IMG/VR virus record: IMGVR_UViG_3300023174_006137
Location: 32,001 to 96,000 of that record
Origin: a virus
Reading direction: 5' to 3' (one strand)
DNA: 64,000 nt
The notes beneath the pieces are model-generated. The model had not been told where the DNA came from, searched no databases, and saw only the letters and a program-made list of their open reading frames with translations. Of the stretch, positions 11,182 through 21,219 are shown piece after piece. The translations under genes were made by a program, and so were the position numbers. Numbering within the stretch: the first letter of the stretch is position 1; each line of letters begins with the position of its first letter.

Positions 11182-11895
11182 CTATATGAATATTTCTTTT
11201 ATGTCATTCATTACAAATTCCATACCTTCGGTTGCTTTTTCTTGTACATGTGTGAAGAATGGTCGTTTTTGTTTTGGAACAATAAATCTTATATCATCTG
11301 GGTCTATATAATAGATTAAACAATTTTCAGGTGTTTCCCAAGGCATACTTGCTGCTGTTTGTACTTGCATTGAAGTTCCAACTATAATTAAAATATCAGC
11401 CTCATAAATTGCATTTAAAGAATTTTGATATTCCTCGTAAGGTAAGTTTTCACCAAATAATATAATATCAGGACGCATTTGTGCACCATCAGGACATACA
11501 TCACCTGGTTTTACATCATCAATATAATCAATAACATATGCAGGATTAAATGATGAACGCAATTTTGATAAATCACCATGTAAATGATATATAGTTGAAC
11601 TACCAGCCTTTTCATGAAGATTATCAATATTCTGTGTTACTACGGTAACATCAAATAATTCTTCTAATTCTTTACAAATTAAATGAGCCTTATTTGGTTT
11701 GATTGTTTTCATTTCATTTTTTCGTAAATTGTAAAACTTACAAAAATTTTCCAAATTATTTTTTATAGCATATGGTGTTGCTACATCTTCAATTTTGAAT
11801 TCATTCCAATAACCATCTGCTGAATCACGAAATGTTCTAACACCAGATTCTTTGCTAATACCAGCTCCGGTTAAAATTACTATTTTTCTTTTCAT
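11182..11895 (-). CDS. cobB: Sir2/CobB NAD-dependent deacylase
   Basis: TGAGISKESG.TFRD, TQNIDNLHE, HG, RP.I..FGE and VGTS motifs. Confidence 0.9.
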   Translation of the reverse strand: MKRKIVILTGAGISKESGVRTFRDSADGYWNEFKIEDVATPYAIKNNLENFCKFYNLRKNEMKTIKPNKAHLICKELEELFDVTVVTQNIDNLHEKAGSSTIYHLHGDLSKLRSSFNPAYVIDYIDDVKPGDVCPDGAQMRPDIILFGENLPYEEYQNSLNAIYEADILIIVGTSMQVQTAASMPWETPENCLIYYIDPDDIRFIVPKQKRPFFTHVQEKATEGMEFVMNDIKEIFI

Positions 11896-11903
11896 ATTAT
11901 CTA

Positions 11904-12197
11904 TTAATCAATTATTTTAATTACTTTACCAAATACATTTTTAGTCCAACCATTTACATATCCATGATTATTAGAGATTTGAACTCCTTTTATATCATTT
12001 TTTGCTGTTACTAAGTGAGTATAGTAAGAACCTTTAACTTTACAAAATACTATATCACCAATTTTTACTTCTTCTAATGTAATTGGTGCCAAAATATGTT
12101 TTTGATTTGATTTTATAAGAGGTGTCATTGAATTTCCTTTTTCAGATGTTTCGAATGTTTTACCTTCTTGTAATAATTTTTGTTTATAGTGTATCAT
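11904..12197 (-). CDS. Peptidase S24/S26-like small protein
   Basis: GNSMTPLI...GDIV.CKV...H.V pattern. Confidence 0.6.
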   Translation of the reverse strand: MIHYKQKLLQEGKTFETSEKGNSMTPLIKSNQKHILAPITLEEVKIGDIVFCKVKGSYYTHLVTAKNDIKGVQISNNHGYVNGWTKNVFGKVIKIID

Positions 12198-12199
12198 AC

Positions 12200-12709
12200 T
12201 TAATCTTTATCATAAATAATTTTCAAATTTTCCAATTGTTTACACATATTGTTTATAAAATCGTTAAAATAATTTAATTCTATGTTATAGTTTCTATAAG
12301 TAATCATTTGCCAAATAAATTCATCTGTTTTTTTAAATAGATTTTTTGATAAGTGAAAATTATTACTATTACATAATTCATATAAATAATGATAATTAAA
12401 ATCAATAGGTAATTTTAATCTTAAGTGTGATTCATAATAAATATGATTTTCATTTTTTATTTGTTCTGGTTGCAATTCAACTTTTTGTCTAATTACTTTA
12501 TATTTGGTTTCTAAATTAGAAACTAGATAATTTAGTGTAGAAAGATAATGACTTCCTGAATGTTTCGAGGAAGTCATTACTTGATATAAAAAATTATCTT
12601 TATTTTGTGTTTCAATTATAATAGGTTTAACACCTATATTAGAACAAAATGATTTAAATTCTTCTAAATTATCGCAATTGGATATTGTTATATGGATCTC
12701 GTAATTCAT
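12200..12709 (-). CDS. Hypothetical protein with two E-x-H repeats
   Basis: YEIHITI and YYESHLRL repeats; QVMTS. Confidence 0.7.
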   Translation of the reverse strand: MNYEIHITISNCDNLEEFKSFCSNIGVKPIIIETQNKDNFLYQVMTSSKHSGSHYLSTLNYLVSNLETKYKVIRQKVELQPEQIKNENHIYYESHLRLKLPIDFNYHYLYELCNSNNFHLSKNLFKKTDEFIWQMITYRNYNIELNYFNDFINNMCKQLENLKIIYDKD

Positions 12710-13178
12710 ATTTATTAGAAAGTTTAATTAATTTCTTTTTATAATCAGGAGATTTGGCATAATTTCTATGCAAATACGCTATATATTGTGCTTTCGTTTT
12801 TATATTATTTCTGGCAAAAACATAATCTTGATATAATTTATAATCAGCAATACATTGAAACCAATGTGAATATTTAGCATAACCATGATTATTAACAGCA
12901 AATGTTTCTCTTTTAGATGGAACCGTCATGCCTAAAAGATTATTATTTATTTTGCATAATTTTGAAGTTAAATAACCGGATTCAATCATAATTTGTGATA
13001 ACACAACTTTTGGAAATCTAATGTTATTTAGCAATAAAGCTACATAAACATTTTCTTCTGTAAGATTAGAATCAATTGATATTGGTTTATTATTTTCTGG
13101 CGCTGAGTTTGCTTTTTGGCTATTATTTACTAAAAAAATAGATAAAAACAAGCAAAAGCAAATGATTAATTTTTTCAT
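12669..13178 (-). CDS. Secreted glucosaminidase (GH73-like) peptidoglycan hydrolase
   Basis: Signal peptide; LSQIMIESG, NNLLGM and YAKSPDY.KKL motifs. Confidence 0.8.
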   Translation of the reverse strand: MKKLIICFCLFLSIFLVNNSQKANSAPENNKPISIDSNLTEENVYVALLLNNIRFPKVVLSQIMIESGYLTSKLCKINNNLLGMTVPSKRETFAVNNHGYAKYSHWFQCIADYKLYQDYVFARNNIKTKAQYIAYLHRNYAKSPDYKKKLIKLSNKYELRDPYNNIQLR

Positions 13179-13200
13179 ATGTTATTTGTTTTTATTTTTG

Positions 13201-13231
13201 CAAAAATACAATAAAAAATTGAGATTTCAAA
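13201..13231 (-). promoter_or_regulatory. Bacteroidota-type promoter TTTG-N19-TATTTTTG
   Basis: Consensus upstream of the GH73 gene. Confidence 0.7.
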
Positions 13232-13278
13232 AAAATTTAAAATCTCAATTAAATTATAGTATATTTTATATATAAAGT

Positions 13279-13551
13279 TTAAATTTCTGAATTTTTAGCT
13301 GCTGTATTCCAGCCATTATTCCAAGCTGTAATTAAATTTGGATTTGGAAATTGTTCTTTTTCATAAGGATTTTCTTTTTCATTTTTTTCAAATGCTTCAA
13401 AACCTTTTTGAAAAGCAATTGTTTCATCATCATAAGAATAACCTCTGTATGGTAGTGTAATAGTATTATTTAATTCAGGTGTTCCTCTATTTCCAGCAGT
13501 CCAAACCGCACCAACATAAAAATTTTCATTAAATAATTTAATATACTTCAT
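13279..13551 (-). CDS. Small protein with capsid-targeting-like N-terminus
   Basis: MKYIKLFNENF start; AFQKGFEA...NPY...AWNNGW; TATATA box just upstream. Confidence 0.7.
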   Translation of the reverse strand: MKYIKLFNENFYVGAVWTAGNRGTPELNNTITLPYRGYSYDDETIAFQKGFEAFEKNEKENPYEKEQFPNPNLITAWNNGWNTAAKNSEI

Positions 13552-13564
13552 TTAGTATATATAA

Positions 13565-13590
13565 AAAAAGCACAAAATTGAGTGCTTTTT
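13565..13590 (-). terminator. Intrinsic terminator
   Basis: AAAAAGCAC...GTGCTTTTT hairpin with T-tract after 13612-14145. Confidence 0.55.
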
Positions 13591-13611
13591 AAACCAGAAA
13601 ATAAATTAAAA

Positions 13612-14145
13612 TTATTTTTTCTTAGTATTAGATAGTTTAGCTTCCATTTCATGGAAAATTTTATCACCAATTTTTTGGTAGAAACTTTCTAATTTATAGA
13701 AAATGCGGTTGAAGATTTTAACAATAGGATTGCTAATTAAAGTCCAAATACCAGAAATTGGCCAGTAAATCATCCAGTGCGTAATCAGAACTTTATTTTC
13801 AGATGCCTGGAATTTACCCTCGCTTGCATTAACATAAGGGTCGTGTAATTTTTTATTACTTAAATCAATTAGATGAAGATACCATTTTACAATTGAGTAA
13901 AGTGTTCCTGCAACAAAATAGCCGACAAAAAGTAATAAAGAATAACCCCAATTCTGAGCAATCCAAGTAAAAATAGTTTTCATTTCAACTTGACATCCTA
14001 GTTTGTAAAGAGCAAACATTGTTGCTACAAATACAACATCAGCCCAGCCTTCATTCTCGTTTTCAATAAGTGCAACGATGCTACAAAACGATACAAAAAG
14101 TAGCACCCAAAATCCAATGGATCCAAATAAAAAAAGTGTTAGCAT
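13612..14145 (-). CDS. Multi-pass membrane protein
   Basis: Three to four hydrophobic segments; host-type promoter upstream. Confidence 0.8.
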   Translation of the reverse strand: MLTLFLFGSIGFWVLLFVSFCSIVALIENENEGWADVVFVATMFALYKLGCQVEMKTIFTWIAQNWGYSLLLFVGYFVAGTLYSIVKWYLHLIDLSNKKLHDPYVNASEGKFQASENKVLITHWMIYWPISGIWTLISNPIVKIFNRIFYKLESFYQKIGDKIFHEMEAKLSNTKKK

Positions 14146-14177
14146 AAATCTTTTATGTTTTAATTGTTTATAAAACG

Positions 14178-14209
14178 CAAAGATACACTAACACTTTTAA
14201 TTTAACAAA
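14178..14209 (-). promoter_or_regulatory. Bacteroidota-type promoter TTTG-N20-TATCTTTG
   Basis: Consensus match. Confidence 0.7.
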
Positions 14210-14220
14210 AAAGTTTATAT

Positions 14221-14745
14221 TTATTTTTTCTTAATTTCTTTTGGTTTTAAAGTCATTAACCATTTATTACCTTCTAATTTAGGTAGAGCTTCAGGTGCTC
14301 CTACATTTTCAACTAAGGTTGCGAATTTTAGCATTACTAATTCACCTCTTTCGGGCATCATATTTTGTCTACCTCTTAATTGAATAATACATTTTACTTT
14401 ATCACCATCTTCTAAAAACTCAACTGCTTTTCTTGATTTGGTATTTAGATCATTATCAGCAATTTCACAAGAAAGTTTAATTTCATGTATTTGGTTTTTA
14501 GCAGCATTTTTTTTACTTTCTTTTTGCTTTTTATGAAGATTATAAAGGAATTTATTGTATTCTTCAATTTTTACAACTGGTATTCCATTACCTTCGGAAA
14601 TTACAATTAAATCTTTTTGTTGATTAAAAGCAATTTTTAATGCTTCTGTTGTTGACAATATAACCGGTTCGCCATTACCGACTAACCTTACTTGCGTTGT
14701 TTTAATATCCGTGTTAATTCTGTGCAGCTTTTCAGGCTTTTTCAT
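14221..14745 (-). CDS. infC: Translation initiation factor IF-3
   Basis: RIN..I...VRLV, DL..I....PV.KI..Y.KFLY, EIKLS..I...DL.TK....FL..GDKVK...RGRQ. Confidence 0.93.
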   Translation of the reverse strand: MKKPEKLHRINTDIKTTQVRLVGNGEPVILSTTEALKIAFNQQKDLIVISEGNGIPVVKIEEYNKFLYNLHKKQKESKKNAAKNQIHEIKLSCEIADNDLNTKSRKAVEFLEDGDKVKCIIQLRGRQNMMPERGELVMLKFATLVENVGAPEALPKLEGNKWLMTLKPKEIKKK

Positions 14746-14775
14746 TAAAAGAAATTTTTGTTACGAATTTTTATA

Positions 14776-14807
14776 CAAAATTAAGAAAAAGTTTTTAATT
14801 AATCAAA
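14776..14807 (-). promoter_or_regulatory. Bacteroidota-type promoter TTTG-N20-TAATTTTG
   Basis: Consensus upstream of infC. Confidence 0.65.
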
Positions 14808-15338
14808 AAATTTTTTAAAACTCTTTAGGTATTTAAATGTATTATTTTCTTTTAAATCATTTAACATTTTAAGATATTTATAATATGCTTCTTTATCATT
14901 TTTATCAAGAGCTTTTTGGATTTCTTCTTTTATTTCTTCTGATGAAAGTGGGTTTTCGGTTAATTTCATTGCTAATGCTGGATTTTCTCCTTCTATTTCA
15001 ATTTTTATATTTTGTCCAAAAAGGTGTCTTAATCTTGATTCTAAGTAATCATGTAAACTTTGGTTTGTAAAATCAAAAAATTGTCCTTCACTTTCATTTA
15101 AAATCTCGATAAGAACCTGTATAAAATCTGCCAACGAATTTTCAGTTTCTTCAGTATAATTGATAGAAATATTAATATTTCTATCACCTCCATATTCGTG
15201 AAAATTAAATTCAATTTGATTATTATTTTTTTTTAAAAATAATTCTGATCCTCCTTCGATAGGAATTCTATATTGACCAGCAATTTCTTGGTAGTTTATA
15301 TCAGTAAAATCTAAAAAATCACCTAAATTATTTAACAT
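14799..15338 (-). CDS. Hypothetical protein with IDEAL-like helix and C-terminal KYLKSFKKF motif
   Basis: EIQKALDKNDKEAY segment; 179 aa. Confidence 0.65.
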   Translation of the reverse strand: MLNNLGDFLDFTDINYQEIAGQYRIPIEGGSELFLKKNNNQIEFNFHEYGGDRNINISINYTEETENSLADFIQVLIEILNESEGQFFDFTNQSLHDYLESRLRHLFGQNIKIEIEGENPALAMKLTENPLSSEEIKEEIQKALDKNDKEAYYKYLKMLNDLKENNTFKYLKSFKKFFD

Positions 15339-15447
15339 TTATTTTATATTTTTTATGTATATATTTAATTTTTATGTGTTGAAAATTTCATTAATTCAAA
15401 ACTTTACTTTATATTTGCAATATACTCTTATAAATGTTTATTTGGAT

Positions 15448-15936
15448 ATGCAAATTAAAATAACACCAGAGGACATCGTTAAGCGTGGTATGTGGGATTT
15501 CTACACATATTACATTATCGGTTCAGAAAAAGAGTCACAAGAACTTTTAAAGAAAAATGAAGAATTTATTTTATCTGAAAAAGATGCAATTGTAATCGGT
15601 TTATTGAAAGTAATGGAAACAGATAATCTTATACATAGGTTTAATGATTATTTGGTTCATTTTTTATCAATTCGTTCAATAAAAGAAAAATCTGATGCAT
15701 TAATTAAAAAGAAAACATTAGAATCTGCAATTGAAAAATTTATGGGTAAATTTCCTATTTATTGGAAAGCACCTATAAATTATCAAAATTCTTTAAAAGA
15801 TTTAAAAGTATATGTGGATGATTTAAACGCAAAAATTTCAGAACTTGAAGTAATGGCAGTTACAATTCAAAATATAAGTTATGATTTTTATTCAACCAAT
15901 GCAATAAGGAAAATGTTAAATTTTAATAACTACTAA
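15448..15936 (+). CDS. Hypothetical protein
   Basis: Track ORF 15355-15936; TATATTTG -7 box at 15410-15417 favours ATG 15448 (MQIKITPED). Confidence 0.7.
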   Translation: MQIKITPEDIVKRGMWDFYTYYIIGSEKESQELLKKNEEFILSEKDAIVIGLLKVMETDNLIHRFNDYLVHFLSIRSIKEKSDALIKKKTLESAIEKFMGKFPIYWKAPINYQNSLKDLKVYVDDLNAKISELEVMAVTIQNISYDFYSTNAIRKMLNFNNY

Positions 15937-15942
15937 TATAAT

Positions 15943-16434
15943 ATGAATAACAAATTAGATTTAGAACAACTAGCCTTTGATAATCCTAATGATTTTGAAT
16001 TAGGTGGCAAAATTAGAAAAACAATTAATGAACAAGATAATTTGGATGAATTACAACCAGATTGGAAAGATCTTTATTTAAGATTATCAGCAGAATTTGA
16101 TAATTTCCGCAAAAGAGTTCAAAAAGAAAAAGAAGATTTAGTTATTTCAACTAAAACGGCTATGATTGAGCCTATTCTTGATTTAGATAATGATTTATCT
16201 ATTGCGGCTAAACATTCTAATGATCCAGGTATTAGTTTAATTATATCTAAATTAGATAAATTTTTACAAAATCAAGGAATACAAACTGTTCAAACAGATA
16301 CTTATGATGAGAATTTACATGAAGTTGTTGCTATCACACAAACAGGTAGTAAGAAAATTCATGAAGTTGCATCAAAAGGTTATATGATTGGAGATAAAAT
16401 AATAAGATATCCAAAGATTGTTCTTTCTGAATAA
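15943..16434 (+). CDS. grpE: Nucleotide exchange factor GrpE
   Basis: YLRLSAEFDNFRKR, D.NLHEVV and KGYMIGDKIIRYPKIV motifs. Confidence 0.92.
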   Translation: MNNKLDLEQLAFDNPNDFELGGKIRKTINEQDNLDELQPDWKDLYLRLSAEFDNFRKRVQKEKEDLVISTKTAMIEPILDLDNDLSIAAKHSNDPGISLIISKLDKFLQNQGIQTVQTDTYDENLHEVVAITQTGSKKIHEVASKGYMIGDKIIRYPKIVLSE

Positions 16435-16450
16435 TTTTGGATATCTTATT
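16401..16450. terminator. ~22-bp hairpin, bidirectional terminator between convergent grpE and endolysin
   Basis: AATAAGATATCCAAAGATTGTTC-tttct-GAATAATTTTGGATATCTTATT. Confidence 0.65.
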
Positions 16451-16463
16451 GTAAGTTAATTAA

Positions 16464-17057
16464 TTAAGCTAAAAGATTATAAAATTCTTTAGTGTGCTTT
16501 TTTCTATCTTCTAAACCGATAGTCCCACCATTAACACATTTGGTAACAGCAGTGATTACATCATCACCTATGCCTGCATCACATTTTTTAACACAATTTT
16601 TGCTAAAAAACCATGCAGCAGAAGCAAGAGCATATTTGGTTGCAACTAAATCTGGATTAGCAGTTAAATCTTCACCGATGGCTGCGCCAAATGCTTTGTA
16701 ATTATCTTTACCAGTTAATTGTATAAAACCACGACCGTGAAATTTATAGCCTTCACCAGATGCTTCATTGCCATTTCCCATACGATTTCCGTATACTAAA
16801 TTAGCTATTTTTTGTGGATTTCTATGGTAAGCAGCAGTATCTTTACCTTTAAAGTATTTTGGGAAAATAGCCAAAAGTCTATCTCCTGAATAATTAAGGT
16901 TTTCTTTAACAAGTGAAAAATTACCTGATTCATGTCCTGCTTGACCTAGGAAATGTGCTAAACGATAAGGAGTATTAATTTCAAACTTTTCCATTACTAA
17001 TGGAATTTGAGCTAATACTGAATCTGGAATGTGTCCTTTTAATTTGTCCAAGTTCAT
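16464..17057 (-). CDS. GH19 chitinase-like endolysin
   Basis: AHFLGQAGHESG, ENLNYS, GRGFIQLTGKDNY, SAAWFF and VNGG..GL.DR motifs. Confidence 0.92.
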   Translation of the reverse strand: MNLDKLKGHIPDSVLAQIPLVMEKFEINTPYRLAHFLGQAGHESGNFSLVKENLNYSGDRLLAIFPKYFKGKDTAAYHRNPQKIANLVYGNRMGNGNEASGEGYKFHGRGFIQLTGKDNYKAFGAAIGEDLTANPDLVATKYALASAAWFFSKNCVKKCDAGIGDDVITAVTKCVNGGTIGLEDRKKHTKEFYNLLA

Positions 17058-17092
17058 ATAATAATCTTTTTTTATTATATATAACTTTTAAA

Positions 17093-17119
17093 AAACAATT
17101 TTATTAATTTTTAATATAA
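17093..17119 (+). promoter_or_regulatory. Candidate phage promoter AAAC-N17-ATATAA
   Basis: Same bipartite motif precedes ssb, HU and the glyco island. Confidence 0.4.
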
Positions 17120-17152
17120 ACAGTTGCAAATACTAAAAAAAATAATTTTAAT

Positions 17153-18193
17153 ATGAATCCATATGAAATTTTAGGTGTTGATAAGTCAGCATCACCCGAT
17201 GAAATAAAAAAAGCATATAGAAAATTATCAAAAGAACATCATCCAGATAGAGGTGGTAATGAAGAAACATTTAAAGATGTTGCTGCTGCTTATGATATTC
17301 TTTCCGATCCAGAAAAAAAGCAAAATTTTGATATGTTTGGTGATGCTAAAGGTAATCCAAACCCATTTAGTGGAGGTTTTGGCGGCTTTGGTGGAGGTTT
17401 TGGCGGCTTTGATGATTTTGTGTCACAGATGTTTGGTGGAAGAAGAGGACAACCTCAACAAAGAAAAGGTTCTAATATAGGTGTTAGAGTTCAAATGTCT
17501 ATTTTAGACACTTTGCAAGGAGCATCAAAAACAGTAAAATATGTTAAAGAGGAAAAATGCAATACTTGTGATGGCAAAGGTGGTAGTGATATTTCAAATT
17601 GTGGCACTTGTAATGGCACCGGTCAATATGCGCAAACTATGCAAACACCATTTGGTATTATGCAACAAGTTGTTTCATGTCCTAAATGTAATGGCGAAGG
17701 TAAAACTATTAAAACACCTTGTAATACCTGTAAAGGTTCTGGTGTTACTTCAAAAAATGAAAGTGTTAATGTAACAATACCTGCTGGAACTCATAATGGT
17801 CAAAATTTAACTATGCCGGGTGGTGGAAATTATATTCGTGATGGTATTGCTGGTGATTTAATTGTAATAATTGAGGAAATAGCTGATCCTAATTTTAAAC
17901 GAGAAGTTACACCAGATGGAATTACTAACAATATGAAACATGATATTTGGATTTCTATTTCAGATGCAGTTCTTGGTGCTAAAAAAATAATTAAAGCGCC
18001 ACTTGGTGATTTATCGTTTAATATAGAACCTGGTTGTCCAAGTGGAAAAATTTTCAAATTTAATGGTAAAGGTTATCCAACAAATAGTGGACACGGAACT
18101 GGACATTTATATGTAACGGTAAATGTTAAAATACCAACTAGTGTCACAGATGAAACAAAAACATTATTTGAGGAATTAAGAAAATATGATTAA
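17153..18193 (+). CDS. dnaJ: Chaperone DnaJ (class A)
   Basis: J domain with HPD, G/F-rich linker, four CxxCxGxG repeats, C-terminal domain. Confidence 0.96.
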   Translation: MNPYEILGVDKSASPDEIKKAYRKLSKEHHPDRGGNEETFKDVAAAYDILSDPEKKQNFDMFGDAKGNPNPFSGGFGGFGGGFGGFDDFVSQMFGGRRGQPQQRKGSNIGVRVQMSILDTLQGASKTVKYVKEEKCNTCDGKGGSDISNCGTCNGTGQYAQTMQTPFGIMQQVVSCPKCNGEGKTIKTPCNTCKGSGVTSKNESVNVTIPAGTHNGQNLTMPGGGNYIRDGIAGDLIVIIEEIADPNFKREVTPDGITNNMKHDIWISISDAVLGAKKIIKAPLGDLSFNIEPGCPSGKIFKFNGKGYPTNSGHGTGHLYVTVNVKIPTSVTDETKTLFEELRKYD

Positions 18194-18223
18194 ACAAAAT
18201 TAATTTTTGACATACATATAAAG

Positions 18224-18520
18224 ATGAAACATGAACTAAAAATAGAATATAAAGATACAAAAACATTCTCCAATTTCATAAAATCATGTTATGATAATGG
18301 AGTTTTGGTAAATAAAGATGCAAAAATAATTTTTGATAAAAAAAGTAACTTTTATAATTTATGTAAAGGATTATCTAATCATACCATTCGTTTAACTAAT
18401 GAAGAATTAATTGATGGTAGTTTAAGATTTTCTATTCAAGAAGAAGGTGAAATAATAGCATTATATCCTTGTTCTATAATTTATGAAATGGACGATAATA
18501 AATACTCATTTGTAATTTAA
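18224..18520 (+). CDS. Hypothetical protein
   Basis: 98 aa ORF coupled to guaC. Confidence 0.65.
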   Translation: MKHELKIEYKDTKTFSNFIKSCYDNGVLVNKDAKIIFDKKSNFYNLCKGLSNHTIRLTNEELIDGSLRFSIQEEGEIIALYPCSIIYEMDDNKYSFVI

Positions 18521-18524
18521 TAAT

Positions 18525-19475
18525 ATGAAATTTGATTTTGAACAAATAAATTTAATTCCACAAAAATGTATAGTGGAATCTCGTTCCGAATGTGATACTT
18601 CTGTCAAATTCGGAAATTTTACTTTTAATATGCCCATAGTTCCAGCAAACATGGAATGTGTTATTGATGAAACATTAGCAACAATTTTATCTAATAAAGG
18701 ATATTTTTATATAATGCATCGATTTGCTGATACATTAAAGTTTGTTAGAAACTACAATAATGCTAATTTAATTAGCGATAAAAAAATGCCAATATCTATT
18801 TCAATTGGTGTTAATCAAGATTCTTATGATTTAATTAACACTATTATATATGAAAAATTGAATGTTGATTATATAACAATTGATATTGCACATGGACATG
18901 CCATTAAAATGGAAAAAATGATAAAATGGTTAAGAGAAAAATTACCAAATGTTTATATAATTGCTGGTAATGTTTCTACAAAAGAAGCTGTTTTAGATTT
19001 AAAAAATTGGGGTGCTGATTGCGTTAAAGTAGGTATAGGACCAGGTTCAGCTTGCACAACTTGGCCTTCAACTGGTTTTGGTTCTCGTAATTGTCAAGCA
19101 TCGACTATACTAGAATGCGCTTCTGATGGTGTTGATATAATTGCTGATGGTGGAATTAAAGTTCCAGCTGATATAGCAAAAGCATTAGTTTTAGGTGCTA
19201 AAATGGTTATGGTTGGTGGTATGTTATCGGGATTTAAAGATTCGCCAGGTAATTTAATTGATTTTAATGGAATTAAGAAAAAAGAATTTTGGGGTTCAGC
19301 ATCCGCCTTTCAATCAAATAAAAAAAATAGAATTGAAGGAACAAAAAATCTAATTGATTATAAAGATAAATCAATTTTAGATGAAATTAATTATTTACAA
19401 GAATGTTTACAATCGTCTATAAGTTATGGCGGAGGTAAAGATTTATCTTGTTTGAAAAACGTAAAATGGCAATAA
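18525..19475 (+). CDS. guaC: GMP reductase (short type, no CBS domains)
   Basis: FD...[19 protein letters not shown]...F..P.VPANM N-terminus, [32 protein letters not shown]. Confidence 0.88.
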   Translation: MKFDFEQINLIPQKCIVESRSECDTSVKFGNFTFNMPIVPANMECVIDETLATILSNKGYFYIMHRFADTLKFVRNYNNANLISDKKMPISISIGVNQDSYDLINTIIYEKLNVDYITIDIAHGHAIKMEKMIKWLREKLPNVYIIAGNVSTKEAVLDLKNWGADCVKVGIGPGSACTTWPSTGFGSRNCQASTILECASDGVDIIADGGIKVPADIAKALVLGAKMVMVGGMLSGFKDSPGNLIDFNGIKKKEFWGSASAFQSNKKNRIEGTKNLIDYKDKSILDEINYLQECLQSSISYGGGKDLSCLKNVKWQ

Positions 19476-19476
19476 A

Positions 19477-20805
19477 ATGGTAGAATTAATGGCAATTAGT
19501 CCAATTGACGGGCGTTATGATAAACATACAAACGTATTTACAGATTATTTTTCTGAATATGCACTTATTAAATATCGTGTTTTAATAGAAATTAAATATT
19601 TAATTTCACTTATTAATGAAGGTATAATTAAATCAAAAAAGGAAAATATAATTAAAGAATTAGAAGCAATATGTGATAATTTTTCAATTGCTGATGCTGA
19701 AGACATTAAAAATATAGAAAGGGAAACCAATCATGATGTTAAAGCTGTAGAATATTTTTTGAAAAATAAAATTACAGAAATTGATTCTTCTATTGTAGAA
19801 TATATACACATTGGTTTAACTTCACAAGATATAAATAATACTTCTATTCCATTATTATGGAAAGATGCGATTAAAAATGTATATAAACCATTATTATTTC
19901 AATTAATTACAGATTTAAGAATAATGGCAAATACATGGATAAATATACCTATGCTTGCTAAAACACATGGACAATCAGCATCACCAACGACAATAGGAAA
20001 GGAAATTTTAGTATTTGTTGAAAGATTAGAATCACAAATTGATATTTTTAATTATATACCATATTCTTGTAAGTTTGGTGGCGCAACTGGTAATTTTAAT
20101 TCATTATGTGTTGCTTATCCCGACGTAAATTGGATTTTATTTGCAAATCATTTTTGTTATACATTAGGTTTAAAAAGAATTAAATATACAACACAAATAG
20201 AACCATATGATAATTTAGCGGCTCAATTTGATTCTCTTAAAAGAATTAATACTATTTTAATTGATTTTTGTAGAGATATTTGGCAGTATATATCTATGGA
20301 TTATTTTAAACAAAAAATTAAACAAAGTGAAGTTGGTTCAAGTGCTATGCCGCATAAAGTCAATCCAATTGATTTTGAAAATGCTGAAGGTAATTTAGGT
20401 ATAGCTAATAGTTTATATGAGCATATGTCAGCAAAACTTCCTATTTCAAGATTACAAAGAGATCTGACTGATAGCACCGTTTTGAGAAATATAGGAGTTC
20501 CTATGAGCCATAGTTATCTATCTTTATTATCAATTAGAAAAGGTATTTCTAAATTAATTTTAAATGAAGATAAATTAAATGAAGATTTAGAAAATAATTG
20601 GGCGGTAGTTGCAGAAGGTATTCAAACTATATTACGAAGAGAAGGTTATCCAAAACCATATGAAGCTTTAAAAGAATTTACAAGAGGTAAATCTAATTTA
20701 TCCAAAAAAGATATAATAAAATTTATCGACTCATTGAGTATTTCTGATGAAATAAAAGAAGAATTAAAATTAATAACACCACAAAATTATATTGGTATTA
20801 TTTAA
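19477..20805 (+). CDS. purB: Adenylosuccinate lyase
   Basis: SPIDGRY, TNHDVKAVEY, GSSAMPHKVNPIDFEN and SRLQRDLTDS motifs. Confidence 0.97.
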   Translation: MVELMAISPIDGRYDKHTNVFTDYFSEYALIKYRVLIEIKYLISLINEGIIKSKKENIIKELEAICDNFSIADAEDIKNIERETNHDVKAVEYFLKNKITEIDSSIVEYIHIGLTSQDINNTSIPLLWKDAIKNVYKPLLFQLITDLRIMANTWINIPMLAKTHGQSASPTTIGKEILVFVERLESQIDIFNYIPYSCKFGGATGNFNSLCVAYPDVNWILFANHFCYTLGLKRIKYTTQIEPYDNLAAQFDSLKRINTILIDFCRDIWQYISMDYFKQKIKQSEVGSSAMPHKVNPIDFENAEGNLGIANSLYEHMSAKLPISRLQRDLTDSTVLRNIGVPMSHSYLSLLSIRKGISKLILNEDKLNEDLENNWAVVAEGIQTILRREGYPKPYEALKEFTRGKSNLSKKDIIKFIDSLSISDEIKEELKLITPQNYIGII

Positions 20806-21152
20806 CCTAAATATTTATCAATATTCCAAATAATAGTATTTATTTCTTCAATGTGTCTTTTTATTTTTGTATTACTTTTTGTATCTTTATAAAAGGAATT
20901 TAAAGATTCCTTAACATTAGTTAAGGATTTTTTATATGCTAATTTTTCCTTTTTATCTATTTCCTTTTCTTTATTTAGATCAATTGTTAATTTATTTAAT
21001 AATTTATTTGCATCATCATATTCTTTTTTATACCTATTGTAAAGCATGTCATCTACCTCATTTTGCATCTTTAATTTTAAAGATTGCAATTTAATTTTAT
21101 TGTTATTAATTTGTTGTGTTAATTTTATTATATTTGCTTCTCTTAGTTCCAT
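20802..21152 (-). CDS. Coiled-coil hypothetical protein
   Basis: Likely start ATG 21152 just downstream of a TATATA box. Confidence 0.6.
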   Translation of the reverse strand: MELREANIIKLTQQINNNKIKLQSLKLKMQNEVDDMLYNRYKKEYDDANKLLNKLTIDLNKEKEIDKKEKLAYKKSLTNVKESLNSFYKDTKSNTKIKRHIEEINTIIWNIDKYLG

Positions 21153-21188
21153 AAAAATATATATCATTAAAATTAATTTTCCCAAATA

Positions 21189-21219
21189 AAAAAAGTGTTA
21201 TCTTAAATAACACTTTTTT
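21189..21219 (-). terminator. Intrinsic terminator
   Basis: AAAAAAGTGTTAT...ATAACACTTTTTT overlapping the stop of 21203-21901. Confidence 0.6.
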
